From a virus: 64,000 bases of DNA. The notes under the pieces are model-generated. The model had not been told where the DNA came from, did no database searches, and saw only the letters and a list, made by a program, of their open reading frames with translations. The stretch's first letter is position 1, and each line of letters starts with the position of its first letter. A program made the translations under genes and the position numbers. The stretch covers positions 89,921 through 153,920 of the IMG/VR virus record IMGVR_UViG_3300025117_000031; one strand, given 5' to 3'. Positions 37,943 to 48,396 of the stretch are shown here, piece by piece.

Positions 37943-38862
37943 AAATTCTTAAAAACGTTTTAGGCGAATACGACTTAAAAAAAAGAGGCACAGAGCTATA
38001 TTTTTATTGTCCATATTGCGAACACTATAGAAAGAAATTTGCAATCAACATTGAAAGCGGCAAGTTTCATTGTTGGAAGTGTGAAAAATCTGGGCATTCT
38101 GTAGAAAAGCTTGTTTGGAGATTTGGCGATGCAGCAAATCGACAAAAATGGGAAGGTCTATCTGGAGGGTCATTAGATTTTGATTTGTGGGAAGAGTTTT
38201 TTGGGAAAGAAGAAGAAAAAGAAAAAGAAGTGTTTCTTCCCGAAGAATATATTTCCCTTATTGGGAATTTGAATTCCCAAGAGCCAAGAAAATATTTGTC
38301 CTCTCGCGGAATAACAGAAAAAGACATCTGCTTTTATAAGATTGGGTACTGTAAAGAGGGGGAATACGCCAACAGAATCATATTTCCTTCATTTGATAAA
38401 GACGGCAAACTTAATACGTTTGTTGCCAGAGCATACAATAGGAAGCCGTGGCCTGTTTATACGATGCCAGAGATAAAGAAAAAGAAGATCATTTTTAATG
38501 AACTTTATCTTGATTATACAAAGCCAATTGTTTTAGTAGAGGGGGTATTCGATGCGATAAAAGCCGGGAACAATTCTGTTCCTCTTCTTGGCTCTTACTT
38601 GAGAGAAGATTATGCGATTTTTAAAAAGCTATTAAAAGAAAAGGTTCCGTTTGTTTATTCGGCTTTAGATCCAGATGCGGAGGAAAAAGAAAAAAACAAT
38701 AATCTTCTTTTAAAGAGGCACGGAATCGAAGTCAAAAAGATTGATATTTCGGGGTATAAAGACCCAGGAGATATGACAAAGATGTCTTTCATTGAAAAGA
38801 AAGAAAAATCTTTTATTATTGACGACGTTTATTATTTAGAAAGGGCAATAAAAGGCGTTTAA
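37921..38862 (+). CDS. DNA primase (Zn-binding plus TOPRIM)
   Basis: CPYC..H and HCWKC; YL..RG; RIIFP; LVEGVFDA; ALDPD; KDPG. Confidence 0.9.
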   Translation: MLSSQQIEILKNVLGEYDLKKRGTELYFYCPYCEHYRKKFAINIESGKFHCWKCEKSGHSVEKLVWRFGDAANRQKWEGLSGGSLDFDLWEEFFGKEEEKEKEVFLPEEYISLIGNLNSQEPRKYLSSRGITEKDICFYKIGYCKEGEYANRIIFPSFDKDGKLNTFVARAYNRKPWPVYTMPEIKKKKIIFNELYLDYTKPIVLVEGVFDAIKAGNNSVPLLGSYLREDYAIFKKLLKEKVPFVYSALDPDAEEKEKNNNLLLKRHGIEVKKIDISGYKDPGDMTKMSFIEKKEKSFIIDDVYYLERAIKGV

Positions 38863-41800
38863 ATGAAAGTAGCGACATTGGCTGATACGCACATTCATAA
38901 CTTTAAGTTTTTTGAAGAATACCAAGAAGTTTTTGAAAAAATCTATGCTTCTTTGAGAGAAGAAAAACCAGATTACATTGTTCATCTTGGGGATCTTCTT
39001 CATACAAAGAATCAAATCAGTCCTGAAGCAATTGAAATTGCAGCTAACTTTCTTTCTTCTCTGTCCGACATTGCAGAAACATTTGTGATAGTTGGCAACC
39101 ACGATTACAACATTAAGAATCCTTCTCGACAGGATTCCATTTCTCCTATTGTTAGTGCTTTGGGTAAAAAGAATCTAAGAGTTCTAAAATATTCGCAAGA
39201 GATTTTTTTGCAAAATAAGGTTGCGCTAAACGTGTTCTCTATTTGCGATCCGGAGAATTGGAGGCCGGAACCTTCAAATCCTGACTTGATTAACGTTGCT
39301 TTATTCCACGGTGTAGTAAAGGGTTCTTGTACTGAGTTGGGCCATTATTTAAAAGATGGTGACATAGAGATAGACGACCTTAAAAACTTCGATTATGGCT
39401 TCTTTGGGGACATCCACGCTTCTAATTATTGTCTTGAAGCAGATGGTAGATTTAGATACGTTGGTTCAACTGTGCAGCAGAACTTTGGAGAGCAGGACAA
39501 TAAGGGATATCTTCTTTGGGATATCGAAGACAAAAGAAAGTTTTCTGTAAAGCACATTATTGTACCTAATCCCAAGCCGTTTGTTTCTGTTATGGTAACT
39601 CGCGGCAAGATGCCGAAGCTTTCTTTGAAAGAAAACTCGAGACTTAAAGTCTCCTCTGATGAGAGAATCCCCAGCAATGAGTTTAAAGAGATTATAGACT
39701 TTATTAAACAAGAGTATAAGCCGTTTTCTATTATTACCTCCAATGGTAAATCGGAAGCGATCAAATTCTCTATTAAGAAAGGCTCCGCTTTTTCTGAAAA
39801 CATTAGGGATTTGGCGGTGCAAGAGAAGTTTATTAATCGCTTCTTGGAGAAAAAGAAAGTTCCGGAAGAGAACATAAAAAAAGTTCTAGATTTGAACAGA
39901 GGTTACAATTCGTTTAGCGACGAAGATGAAGTTGTACGAGGAATACGATGGAAACTAAGAAGACTCGAATGGGACAATTTGTTTAACTACTCTGAGGGTA
40001 ATTATATTGATTTTGACAAGTTAAAGGGGGTCGTTGGACTTATTGCAGGAAACAGATCAGGAAAGACATCTGCAACAGAGGCTTTATTATATGCTGTGTT
40101 TAACAACATATCTAAAAACAGTAGAAAGTCCTATAACATTGTCAACCAAAACAAAACAACAGGTCGTGCCTCTTGTGCCATAGATGTTGACGATAAGACC
40201 TTTTTGATTAATAGGAATATCGTTAAGAAGTCCGAAGAAGACAAAGAGGCGAAGACGACGGTTGAGTTTATTTGCGAGGCCAAGGATGAAGAGTTTAACA
40301 CTCTGATAGAAAAGTCTCGTGTTGAAACCGATAAACACATAAGAAGATATTTTGGAACACTTGAAGACTTCATGTTGACTTCTTATTCATCTCAGTTCGA
40401 ATTTCTTACCTTTATAAAAGAAGGATCAACAAAGAGAAAAGACATATTAAATAAGTTCTTGGACCTTGACTTTTTGAAGAAGAAGTATGAGGCTTGTAAG
40501 GATGATAGCCAGGAACTAAAGTCCCACATTAAAAAGAACGAAGGTCGTAATTTTGGCGAGGAGATAGAGGAGACAAAAAGAAAGTTGTCTTCTAATCTTG
40601 ACGAATCGGAAAACATTATTTCTTTGACGACAGAGCATAACAGAATGCTGGAGGTATGTTCAAGGCAGATAGCTGAAATAGATGCTTTTGTTTCTTCTGT
40701 ATCGTCAGAGGTTATAAACGGAGAGGGGTTGGAGCAGGAGGTTCTGTCTCTTGTGGAAGAAAGAACGGCGCTGGTGAAATCTAGAGAGGAAACAACAAGA
40801 CTAATAGAGAAGAAACAAAAAGAAAAGAGCGTATTGGAAGCCTTTTTGTCGATGAAAGACAAGGGGTTGTATGAGAATGAGATTGTTCTATTACGTTCAC
40901 AAAAGACCCAGCTTCAAGCCTGCGAGAAAGACAAAGAACACGTTATAAAAGACATTTCAAAATGCGAAAAAAGAGAACGGCTTTTGACAGAAGTACCTTG
41001 CGGAGAGTCTTTTAAAGAATGCAAATTTAAGACAGATGCTTATAGCGCAAGAGAAGAGCTTCTGAGACTCAAGAGTGGTCTATCTGTTTTGGATAAGCAG
41101 ATCGCAGAGCTTATGGCCCAAGGAATAGATGATAATCTTCGCAAATGCCAGGGTTTTCTGGAAGAAATTAACAAGAATACGATCAAGAAACACTCTTTGG
41201 ACAAGGATATATCGGAATTTGTGGCGAGAGTCGCCAAATATGATTTAAAAATCCACGAAATTGATTCTAAAATAGAGAAGAATGAAGCAGAATCAAAGAA
41301 ATTCCAAGAGAACAAAGAATTATTTCTGAAAATTAAAGAAAAAACGAAGAAAAAGACCGAAATCGAGCTAAAAAAGAAGAAGAATGCTGAGAAGCTGGAA
41401 GAAGAGAACAAGAAGCTTACGGCCCTATACCGAGAAAGAGGCTCAGAGGAACAAAAATTAAAGAGTTTGGAGCAAGGTTGGGTAGAATTGAGAGCGGCAA
41501 GAGATAAGTACGCGATTTGTGAGTATTATCTTGAGAGTATGCACGTTAACGGGATTAGCTATGACATCATCCGAGAAACTTTGCCAACAATAAATGAAGA
41601 AATAAACAAAATCTTGTCTAATATTGTTAAATTCAATGTTATTCTGGCGACAGAGGACGATAGGCTAGAGGTTTACATACAGTATCCGAAATATTCGGCC
41701 AGGTTGATAGAAATGGCTTCTGGAATGGAAAAGACGTTGGCAAGCTTGGCAATTAGATTGGCTTTGATAAAGTCTTCTTCTTTGCCGCAGCCAAACTTCT

Positions 41801-41988
41801 TTATTATGGATGAACCGTTGGTGTCTTTGGACTCAGAAAACTTGAATGAGTTTTCAAAGGTATTTGAGTTGTTGAAGGAACAGTTTGACATTGTTCTTTT
41901 GATTACACACATTCAAGAGCTTAAGGATGTTGTTGATCATCAAATCTCAATTGATAAAATTGATGGTTATGCTCACATAGAGGTATAA
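38863..41988 (+). CDS. fused Mre11/SbcD nuclease - Rad50/SbcC ATPase (T4 gp47+gp46-like)
   Basis: ADTH, GD, GNHD, GDIH metallophosphoesterase motifs; Walker A GNRSGKT; coiled coil with central PCG..FKEC; signature ASGMEK; Walker B IMDE; D-loop SLD; LITH. Confidence 0.92.
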   Translation: MKVATLADTHIHNFKFFEEYQEVFEKIYASLREEKPDYIVHLGDLLHTKNQISPEAIEIAANFLSSLSDIAETFVIVGNHDYNIKNPSRQDSISPIVSALGKKNLRVLKYSQEIFLQNKVALNVFSICDPENWRPEPSNPDLINVALFHGVVKGSCTELGHYLKDGDIEIDDLKNFDYGFFGDIHASNYCLEADGRFRYVGSTVQQNFGEQDNKGYLLWDIEDKRKFSVKHIIVPNPKPFVSVMVTRGKMPKLSLKENSRLKVSSDERIPSNEFKEIIDFIKQEYKPFSIITSNGKSEAIKFSIKKGSAFSENIRDLAVQEKFINRFLEKKKVPEENIKKVLDLNRGYNSFSDEDEVVRGIRWKLRRLEWDNLFNYSEGNYIDFDKLKGVVGLIAGNRSGKTSATEALLYAVFNNISKNSRKSYNIVNQNKTTGRASCAIDVDDKTFLINRNIVKKSEEDKEAKTTVEFICEAKDEEFNTLIEKSRVETDKHIRRYFGTLEDFMLTSYSSQFEFLTFIKEGSTKRKDILNKFLDLDFLKKKYEACKDDSQELKSHIKKNEGRNFGEEIEETKRKLSSNLDESENIISLTTEHNRMLEVCSRQIAEIDAFVSSVSSEVINGEGLEQEVLSLVEERTALVKSREETTRLIEKKQKEKSVLEAFLSMKDKGLYENEIVLLRSQKTQLQACEKDKEHVIKDISKCEKRERLLTEVPCGESFKECKFKTDAYSAREELLRLKSGLSVLDKQIAELMAQGIDDNLRKCQGFLEEINKNTIKKHSLDKDISEFVARVAKYDLKIHEIDSKIEKNEAESKKFQENKELFLKIKEKTKKKTEIELKKKKNAEKLEEENKKLTALYRERGSEEQKLKSLEQGWVELRAARDKYAICEYYLESMHVNGISYDIIRETLPTINEEINKILSNIVKFNVILATEDDRLEVYIQYPKYSARLIEMASGMEKTLASLAIRLALIKSSSLPQPNFFIMDEPLVSLDSENLNEFSKVFELLKEQFDIVLLITHIQELKDVVDHQISIDKIDGYAHIEV

Positions 41989-41989
41989 A

Positions 41990-42382
41990 GTGGAAGCAGT
42001 TTTACAAAAAGTTTGGGTTTTTTTGAAAAGCTATTGGTATGTTCCACTGATTGCTGTTCTTATTGTTGTTGTCGGCGTTGTTTCGAGGGAAACAGCAAAA
42101 GATTTGTGGGTTGCTGTGAAGGAAGCTCACGATTCCTACAAGAGGGAGCGAGCGCAGCTTAACGATCTTGATAAACAAAAACGAGAGAAGAAAGAAAAAG
42201 TAGAACAGCAATATTCTGCTGTTGTTAAGACGCTAGAGGAAAAGGCTAAAGTTGATGTAAAGAAGTTGGACGAAGGCAAACAAAAAGAAATTAAGGAGAT
42301 GTCTGAGAAGTCGGAAGAAGAGCTGGCAAAGTACCTTCAAAAGGAATTCGGCTTGGTTTACGTGAAAAGGGTGGACAAATGA
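41990..42382 (+). CDS. membrane-anchored coiled-coil protein (spanin-like?)
   Basis: N-terminal TM helix followed by charged coiled coil. Confidence 0.5.
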   Translation: MEAVLQKVWVFLKSYWYVPLIAVLIVVVGVVSRETAKDLWVAVKEAHDSYKRERAQLNDLDKQKREKKEKVEQQYSAVVKTLEEKAKVDVKKLDEGKQKEIKEMSEKSEEELAKYLQKEFGLVYVKRVDK

Positions 42383-42816
42383 GTAAGATTGTTTTTTTGA
42401 GCTTATTTGTTTCGTCTTTGGCTATGGGTCAGACCGACCCTGTTTTTACTATTTTGAAAAAAGGGGAAGCAGCTCCGTTTGAAGGCTATTTGATGTCTAA
42501 AGAGGCAGTAATTAAGATGTCTGTTGATAAAAACTATGAAATCTCGAAAAGGGAACTAGAAATAAAGCTTGAAATGGATAAAGAACTTAAGCAGAAGCAG
42601 TTCGAGATAGATACTTTGAAAATAGAGGTTGAATCTCTTAAAAAAGAAAGAGATCTCGTTTCGGATGTTAAAGAAAAAGAAATTGTAAAGTTAAATGATA
42701 TTATATCGAAAGCGCCAACAGATTATTCCTACGCTTGGTTTGCGGGTGGGACCATGGTCGGGGTGATCACGTCTGTGGCAATATTCTGGGCGGCTGTACA
42801 AACTGCGCAAAATTAA
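42379..42816 (+). CDS. signal peptide + coiled coil + C-terminal TM protein
   Basis: L.KGE.APFEG.L motif; C-terminal hydrophobic helix. Confidence 0.55.
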   Translation: MSKIVFLSLFVSSLAMGQTDPVFTILKKGEAAPFEGYLMSKEAVIKMSVDKNYEISKRELEIKLEMDKELKQKQFEIDTLKIEVESLKKERDLVSDVKEKEIVKLNDIISKAPTDYSYAWFAGGTMVGVITSVAIFWAAVQTAQN

Positions 42817-43190
42817 TGTCGATTATCCACGAAAAGCTTAAAAAAGACCCTCATTATCTTTTTAAACTTGAGCAGGAAATTGCCAAGAAATACGGCCAAG
42901 ATGCGATTAAAAGCCTCCGAGAGTGGGATGAGGGAAAAGACGAAGAATATCATCAACAGATTAAAGAGATGTATGACAAGTGGAAAGAAAGACAAGAAGC
43001 GGGCGAAGTGCTCGAAAATAACGGATATTTAGTCAAAGGAAAACTATTTAATAAAGAAGCGAGAACTTGTCGTTTGTGCGGCAGGCATTCGTTTTCTACC
43101 GAAGATGACCCTACGTTGTTTCGGTATAAGGTTTGTGCAGAGTGTTTTGATAAGAAGGCTTCGAAAATCTTGCGAGAGGGAAAAATCTAA
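42816..43190 (+). CDS. hypothetical protein with C-terminal Zn finger
   Basis: CRLC...CAEC; coupled TAATG start. Confidence 0.6.
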   Translation: MSIIHEKLKKDPHYLFKLEQEIAKKYGQDAIKSLREWDEGKDEEYHQQIKEMYDKWKERQEAGEVLENNGYLVKGKLFNKEARTCRLCGRHSFSTEDDPTLFRYKVCAECFDKKASKILREGKI

Positions 43191-43675
43191 TGGCTAAAGA
43201 TATTTATGAGATTGTGAAGGGACTAAATCAAGCAGCATCGCATGCTGTTCCGGGAGCCTTGAATAAAAAAGGTGAAGTGAGAGAAGACCTTCCCATCGGT
43301 GGAAAAAATGATGGGTTCCGGGTTTCTTTTTCCGGTAACAAGATGCTGGTAAAGCTTCAATCGGAAGTGACTCTTGATGAAGTTTCCGAGAGAGAGAAAT
43401 TTCTTAAAGAAGTCTCAGATAAATTTGATGACATTCTAAAATTTCTCAAAAAAGAATATAAAGACATTACAGGCAAGAGCATTGCTCTAAAGCTTGTGAC
43501 AAAAGAAAACCCCTTAGTTCAAAGTCTTTCTCGTCTACGCTCTTGGGTGCAAGCCCAGAGAGTTTATGAGATTTCTGGTACAGAGACAGAAGAAGTTCCA
43601 GAATATGGTAGAAAGATTGATGAGTCTCTTGCGAAATTTATTCACGAGAACAAAAGGAAACCCTTTTCTGATTGA
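43190..43675 (+). CDS. hypothetical protein upstream of terminase
   Basis: 161-aa ORF, translationally coupled. Confidence 0.6.
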   Translation: MAKDIYEIVKGLNQAASHAVPGALNKKGEVREDLPIGGKNDGFRVSFSGNKMLVKLQSEVTLDEVSEREKFLKEVSDKFDDILKFLKKEYKDITGKSIALKLVTKENPLVQSLSRLRSWVQAQRVYEISGTETEEVPEYGRKIDESLAKFIHENKRKPFSD

Positions 43676-45264
43676 TCCCTAAGTCTAAGCAAGAAGCAAA
43701 GCAAGAACTAGAGCATTGTAAGCAAGATCCTGCTCACTTCATTCGAAATTACGTAACAATCTCGCATCCTGGAAAGGGATATATTCCCTTTATTTTATAC
43801 GACTTCCAAGAAGAGCTATTATCAGACTTCTTAAAGTTCGATAAGAACATTATTTTAAAAGCTCGACAGTTGGGCATTTCAACATTAGTTGCGGCTTATG
43901 TTGGTTGGCTGCTTTTGTTTCACCGTGGGAAGGATGTTTTAATTCTTTGTACAGATCAAAAAAAGGCAACAACGATTTTACGTAAGATTAAGATTCTTAT
44001 GGAACGCTTGCCGAAGTGGATGCAGGCTTTGGCGGTTACAAAGGCTGACAATCAAACCTCGATTGAACTGGTAAATGGTTCTCGTGTGGTTGCCTCCACC
44101 ACGACCAAGAAGTCTGGTCGTTCTGATGCTCTTTCTTTGCTTGTAGTAGACGAAGCTGCGCACATTGAGCAAATGGAAGATGTTTGGACAGCTATTGAGC
44201 CTGCGACAACGGTTGGTGGAGGGCGTTGTATTGCTTTGAGTTCTCCTAATGGGGTTGGAAACTGGTTTTATGATGTTTATTCCAACTCACGAGTTGGGAA
44301 AAACGACTGGCATTATACCGATTTGCCGTGGCAAGTCCATCCCGATAGGGACCAGAAATGGTTCGAGAAGGAAACAAGAGAACTTTCTCCACAACAGATT
44401 GCGCAAGAGTATTCTTTGAGCTTTAATTCTTCCATCAATACGTTTATAACGCCCGAGAGAATAAAAGAAATGTTTGATGGGACCAGAGAGCCAATAGATA
44501 AGGCTGGTTTTGATAGAAATTATTACGTTTGGCAAAGACCGATGCCCAATAGAAAGTATTTTATTTCCGCAGATGTTGCAAGAGGAGACGGCTCTGATTA
44601 CTCAGTTTTCCACGTATTTGATACAGAAACGATGTATCAAGCTGCAGAATATCAGGGGAAGCTGCCGACAGAAATGTTTGCAGAGCTTTTGTTTAATGTT
44701 GGGATGGAATATGGATTTTGCATGGTTGTGGTGGAAAATAACGTTTATGGAAGCGATGTTCTGACGAGAATGATTGAGAGAGAGTACCCCAATCTTTACT
44801 TTACCAGAAAAACCACAATGGAGTATGTGGAACACTACGCTGCGATGGGGCGAGAAGACACAATACCGGGATTTGTTACTACTGTTCGTTCAAGACCCTT
44901 AATTCTTGCCAAGTTGGAGCAGTATCTTAGAAACGGATTTGCTTCAATTAACTCTAAGCGTTTTTGTGGCGAGTTGGAGACTTTTATTTGGAAAAATGGT
45001 AAGCCAGAAGCGACATCTAAAAGTAATGATGATTTAATTTTAGCAGCAGCAATTGCCTGCTATGTTCGCGATGTGGCTTTGGTAGCCGATCAGAAGGGAA
45101 TAAGTGACAAAAAGGCCCTTTTGGGAGGCATTTTGTTATCTACGGATGCGCTAGACACTAGAATTCCAGGAATGCGAGGTTACGACAGGAATAAAGACCC
45201 GTTTAAAACCTCTCAAAAAAGTGAAACAATTGGCGGTCTACCTTTGAGGATTTTTATGGGTTAG
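43672..45264 (+). CDS. terminase large subunit (T4 gp17-like)
   Basis: LYDFQ; KARQLGIST Walker A; LVVDEAAH Walker B; SSPNG; ADVARG.G.DYS; DDL.LA.AI. Confidence 0.95.
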   Translation: MIPKSKQEAKQELEHCKQDPAHFIRNYVTISHPGKGYIPFILYDFQEELLSDFLKFDKNIILKARQLGISTLVAAYVGWLLLFHRGKDVLILCTDQKKATTILRKIKILMERLPKWMQALAVTKADNQTSIELVNGSRVVASTTTKKSGRSDALSLLVVDEAAHIEQMEDVWTAIEPATTVGGGRCIALSSPNGVGNWFYDVYSNSRVGKNDWHYTDLPWQVHPDRDQKWFEKETRELSPQQIAQEYSLSFNSSINTFITPERIKEMFDGTREPIDKAGFDRNYYVWQRPMPNRKYFISADVARGDGSDYSVFHVFDTETMYQAAEYQGKLPTEMFAELLFNVGMEYGFCMVVVENNVYGSDVLTRMIEREYPNLYFTRKTTMEYVEHYAAMGREDTIPGFVTTVRSRPLILAKLEQYLRNGFASINSKRFCGELETFIWKNGKPEATSKSNDDLILAAAIACYVRDVALVADQKGISDKKALLGGILLSTDALDTRIPGMRGYDRNKDPFKTSQKSETIGGLPLRIFMG

Positions 45265-45299
45265 GTTCCATAAACTATAAAAAAAGGCAAAGTTTTCCT

Positions 45300-45307
45300 C
45301 TAATTAT
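45300..45307 (+). promoter_or_regulatory. putative late-promoter motif CTAATTAT upstream of the portal gene
   Basis: The same or related CTA(A/G/T)TTA motif recurs in intergenic gaps at 5743, 28328, 30784, 58156, 58422, 59078 and 62153. Confidence 0.55.
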
Positions 45308-45335
45308 GATAGACGCTTAAGGGCGAGGTTTTTCC

Positions 45336-47333
45336 ATGGCGAAATATAAAAAGTCTATGTCTTTTAAGGGCAATCCCAAGAATCCGGAGTCGGACCTTTT
45401 CAAAAGGCTGACAAGGTTCTTTTCCGGTCCTATAGCAGATTATCGTTCTCAAGTTCCAAGAGAACTAAAGCGAAGACAACTAAAAAAATATAAGTTTACT
45501 AATTCTGCTGGTGGTGATTTCGCAAAAAGCATGCACAATCCGTTTTCTGCTTTGCAAACGGAATATATGGTCAATCAAGACAGATTGATGCGCTATGCCG
45601 ATTATGAACAAATGGAGTACATGCCTGAAATAAGTTCTGCTTTGGACCTTACTGCAGATACCATGACTACGTTTAATCACATGGAGCCGATTCTAAGATT
45701 AGATAGTCCCAACCAAGAGATAAAGTTTATTTTAAAGGACTTGTTTTACAATATTCTTGCGGTAGAACAGAATCTTCACGGTTGGTGCAGATCACTTTTG
45801 TCCAAGGGTGATTTCTTTTTGTATCTTGATGCGGTCGAAGGGTTGGGCATTAAGAACGTCTTGGGGCTTCCTGCAAGAGAAATGGAAAGACTAGAAGGTC
45901 TAGACGAAGATAATCCGAGTTACGTTCAGTTTCAGTGGAACACTCAAGGAGCTACCTTTGAAAGCTGGCAAATGTGCCACTTTAGAATTCTTGGGAACGA
46001 TAGATATCTTCCATATGGAAGTTCTTTCCTTGACGCATCGCGTCGTATTTGGAAACAGCTTCAACTATTAGAAGACTTTGTTATTTCCTATCGCATTGTT
46101 CGAACACCAGAAAGAAGAGTATTTTATATTGATGTAGGAAACATTCATCCTGATGAAATTGAGCCTTATATGAAGAAGGTTCAAACAGAGATGAAGAGAA
46201 GATTTCTTGTGGATGAGAACACAGGAGAGGCTAACTTAAGATTTAACCCTCATAGTATAGAAGAGGATTACTTTATTGCTGTTCGAGGAGACAAATCGGG
46301 GACAAAGATTGAGTCTGTTCCTGGCGGCCAATTTACAGGTGATATTGAAGATATTGAGTATCTAAGAGATAAATTGTTTTCTGCTTTGAAGATCCCTCAA
46401 TCTTATCTCTCGAAGGGGAAAGACGGTTCGGCAGAGGATAAAACAACTCTTGCACAAAAAGATTTGCATTTCGCGAGGACTGTACAAAGATTACAAAATT
46501 CTGTAGTGTCTGAACTTCGCAAAATGGCAACTGTTCACTTGTTTCTACTAGGATTTACAGGTAGGGATTTATTGAATTTTGATATCAAGTTGAACAATCC
46601 ATCGAAGATCGCCGAAATGCAAAGCCTCGAAGAGTGGCGCACAAAGTTTGATGTTGCAAGTGCAGCCACCGAAAACTTCTTCTCTCGCAGGTGGATTGCG
46701 AAGACGGTCTTTAATCTTTCCGATGAAGAGATTGTCCGCAACAACAGAGAGAGATTTTTTGATATGAAGCTGGATGCTCTTCTTGCCGAGCACGAGCCGC
46801 AGGAAGAGGGCGGAGGCATGGGGCTTGGCGGCGGGGAAGACGCTGGCGGCATAGATGATATTTTTGACGACACGGCAGATGAAAAAGACAGCGACACTGC
46901 GGTTCCCGGCAAAGAAGAAGATATTCTTCTTGCCTCTCCGGGGAAAGATGTTGGCGGCATAGGCGATCCCGCTGCCAAGAGAACAGAAAAACTCTTACCT
47001 GGAACAAAATATACGACTCCTGGGGCGAAAGGAAAGGCTTATACAAAGAGACACGACGCGAGAGAAATGGGCGCAAGACAAAGAAATATTATGGCTCTCA
47101 CAAGTAGAGAAACGGCATCTAATACGCCAAGAAACGTATTTAAAGGACTTTCAGGACTGACTTCGTTATCAAGAGGGATTTTAGAGAACAAAGAAGAAGT
47201 GGAAGAAGAGTTTCTTCGCAATAGCGGAGAGATTCAGGATGTTCTAAGAACTCTTGAAAAAATTAAAGAAGATAAGAAATTCTTGAAAGAGGAAGTGAAC
47301 AAAAATGACAGCAATGATGACGACGAAAACTAG
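45336..47333 (+). CDS. portal protein (T4 gp20-like)
   Basis: PEISSALD; LPYG.S.L; YRIVR.PERRVFYIDVGN; EEDYF; DIEYLRDKLF.ALKIP. Confidence 0.95.
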   Translation: MAKYKKSMSFKGNPKNPESDLFKRLTRFFSGPIADYRSQVPRELKRRQLKKYKFTNSAGGDFAKSMHNPFSALQTEYMVNQDRLMRYADYEQMEYMPEISSALDLTADTMTTFNHMEPILRLDSPNQEIKFILKDLFYNILAVEQNLHGWCRSLLSKGDFFLYLDAVEGLGIKNVLGLPAREMERLEGLDEDNPSYVQFQWNTQGATFESWQMCHFRILGNDRYLPYGSSFLDASRRIWKQLQLLEDFVISYRIVRTPERRVFYIDVGNIHPDEIEPYMKKVQTEMKRRFLVDENTGEANLRFNPHSIEEDYFIAVRGDKSGTKIESVPGGQFTGDIEDIEYLRDKLFSALKIPQSYLSKGKDGSAEDKTTLAQKDLHFARTVQRLQNSVVSELRKMATVHLFLLGFTGRDLLNFDIKLNNPSKIAEMQSLEEWRTKFDVASAATENFFSRRWIAKTVFNLSDEEIVRNNRERFFDMKLDALLAEHEPQEEGGGMGLGGGEDAGGIDDIFDDTADEKDSDTAVPGKEEDILLASPGKDVGGIGDPAAKRTEKLLPGTKYTTPGAKGKAYTKRHDAREMGARQRNIMALTSRETASNTPRNVFKGLSGLTSLSRGILENKEEVEEEFLRNSGEIQDVLRTLEKIKEDKKFLKEEVNKNDSNDDDEN

Positions 47334-47334
47334 T

Positions 47335-48396
47335 ATGAAGCATAATAAAAAGAGGAATTCGGCGTTTCTATATGAAGTGCTGGTGCGTTGTCTAACTGCT
47401 GCCTCTCTCAAGGGTGACGATAGCAAGAAGAAAGTAATTGTTTCTCTTCTTCGAGAGCATTTTTCCAAAAGTACACTTCTTTGGAAAGAATTGTCTTGTT
47501 ATCGAATGGTGTTTGAAGCGAAGGTTTTAAAAGAGTCTGTCGTCTCGCGAATGTTGGAAGAGGCCAAGAGAGAATATGATAAAATTTCAACCAAAGATCT
47601 GTTTGTAGAGCAAAGTCGCTTGATTCGAGCGGTCAATACAAAGCTTGGCTCTGATGTTTTTTCTGTATATGTTCCAAAATATAAAGAACTTGCGACAGCA
47701 TATCAAATCTTCAATAGAAAAGTTCCTATTACAGAACAGATTCTTTTGGAAAATCGTTTAATTTCTGCTTTATGCGAAGACAAGAAAAAAGAAGAGGCTG
47801 GAGTTGATGTTGATGCTCTAACCTTCAAGATTCTTGTTGAAAAATTCAACAAAACTTATGATACCTCTATCTTAAAAGAACAACGTCAGGCTTTGAGTTA
47901 TTATATTTACTCTGGAATAGATGGTGGAATAGAGTTGCGGGCTTTTCTGAACGAAGAAATTTCTCGTCTTCGTGAAGTAATTTCGAGTAATAAAGAAATT
48001 AATGAAGATGCAGCGATGAAGGAATCTTCAACCAAGATATTGGAGTTTTTGGGTTCTTTCAAAACAAAGAAGGATTATTCCGAAGAAGACTTGGAGAAAC
48101 TATTTGAGGTGCAGGAGATTGTGAGAGAGGCTGAGACAAGCAATTCAGAAAAAGTAAGTCGTTCTGTTGCAAAAGATGTTGGTGAAGGTCTTGGAATGAG
48201 TTGGTCTGAATATAATTTAGACGAGTTTTATAAAGGTATGAATACCGAGCTGGAACATGGCAAAAAAGATCCTCAAACCAACATCACAAGCGACAATCTA
48301 GAAGAAACTGGGAAAATCGCTTTAGCTCATTTGAAAGAAAAACCAGATTATTATACTCTTCTTAAGAAAGTTGAAGGCAAGAAGGAACAAAATTAA
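47335..48396 (+). CDS. head-module protein with C-terminal DUF5661-like domain
   Basis: MKHNKKRN start; C-terminal GM..ELEH.....IALAHL.E.PDYY..L. Confidence 0.65.
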   Translation: MKHNKKRNSAFLYEVLVRCLTAASLKGDDSKKKVIVSLLREHFSKSTLLWKELSCYRMVFEAKVLKESVVSRMLEEAKREYDKISTKDLFVEQSRLIRAVNTKLGSDVFSVYVPKYKELATAYQIFNRKVPITEQILLENRLISALCEDKKKEEAGVDVDALTFKILVEKFNKTYDTSILKEQRQALSYYIYSGIDGGIELRAFLNEEISRLREVISSNKEINEDAAMKESSTKILEFLGSFKTKKDYSEEDLEKLFEVQEIVREAETSNSEKVSRSVAKDVGEGLGMSWSEYNLDEFYKGMNTELEHGKKDPQTNITSDNLEETGKIALAHLKEKPDYYTLLKKVEGKKEQN

